A stretch of 64,000 bases of DNA from Eledone cirrhosa (taxonomy: Eukaryota), in NCBI GenBank assembly GCA_964016885.1, contig OZ024744.1, positions 91,016,001-91,080,000 of the forward strand, in the 5' to 3' direction. The notes beneath the pieces were generated by a model. It worked only from the letters and a program-made list of their open reading frames with translations. It did not search any database and was not told the DNA's origin. Position numbers and translations under genes: made by a program. Below, one piece after another: positions 63,665 to 64,000 of the stretch; positions within the stretch are counted from its first letter, which is position 1, and each line of letters begins with the position of its first letter.

Positions 63665-64000
63665 TTAAGGGAAAAATTAGAAATAAGAGGGATCAGATGT
63701 TGTTTACTCGAGAGAAGGCTACGTTGGTATGGTCACGTGATGCGCATGAAAGACGACAGCTGTATAACAAAGTGCAGGGCAATAAAGATAGACGGTAGCC
63801 ACGGAGTAGGCAGACCCAGAAAAACCTGGGACGACCTGATAAATTCCGACCTCACACACTTACACTTCTCCAAGACAATTTCACTGGCGGTACTCAGTAA
63901 TAGAGAAGACCTGCCTTACCTAAATACAAAGTAAAACCTACTACAGTCAGTAGGCATCTCTAACAAAATACACCCCCCGTCCCACCACCCCCACCCCATC
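63665..64000 (+). mobile_element. RTE LINE 3' fragment (same subfamily as 29553-31878), running off the window
   Basis: Near-identical to 31105-31450. Confidence 0.9.

Overview
Repeat-dense, AT-rich eukaryotic DNA, most likely from an octopus or another cephalopod. This attribution is an inference from the tRNA/CORE-type SINEs, RTE LINEs and abundant (TA)n/(TG)n/(CAT)n microsatellites. No host protein-coding gene can be supported. Bases 1-13.4 kb are a GT-rich satellite with higher-order repeats, and nearly all long Cys/Val/Tyr/Ile/His ORFs in the track are artefacts of simple repeats. The real coding sequences all belong to transposons: a CR1/L2-type reverse transcriptase (RT) at 21.0-23.2 kb, two RTE RTs carrying a PHD-like zinc finger at 29.6-31.4 and 60.3-62.8 kb, a Tx1/L1 RT at 45.8-47.6 kb, a BovB-like 3' end, CRE-like C-terminal remnants, a maT (DD37D) transposon and mariner relics. 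The most interesting unannotated signal is a dispersed set of about 9 type I hammerhead-ribozyme-like motifs of Penelope/retrozyme style. They lie next to (TA)n tracts, and several sit at the centre of long fold-back inverted repeats. The window also holds mosaic SINE-RTE partnerships, bipartite non-autonomous RTE elements and tandem arrays that appear to have grown out of SINEs. All coordinates and family calls were made by eye, without database searches.
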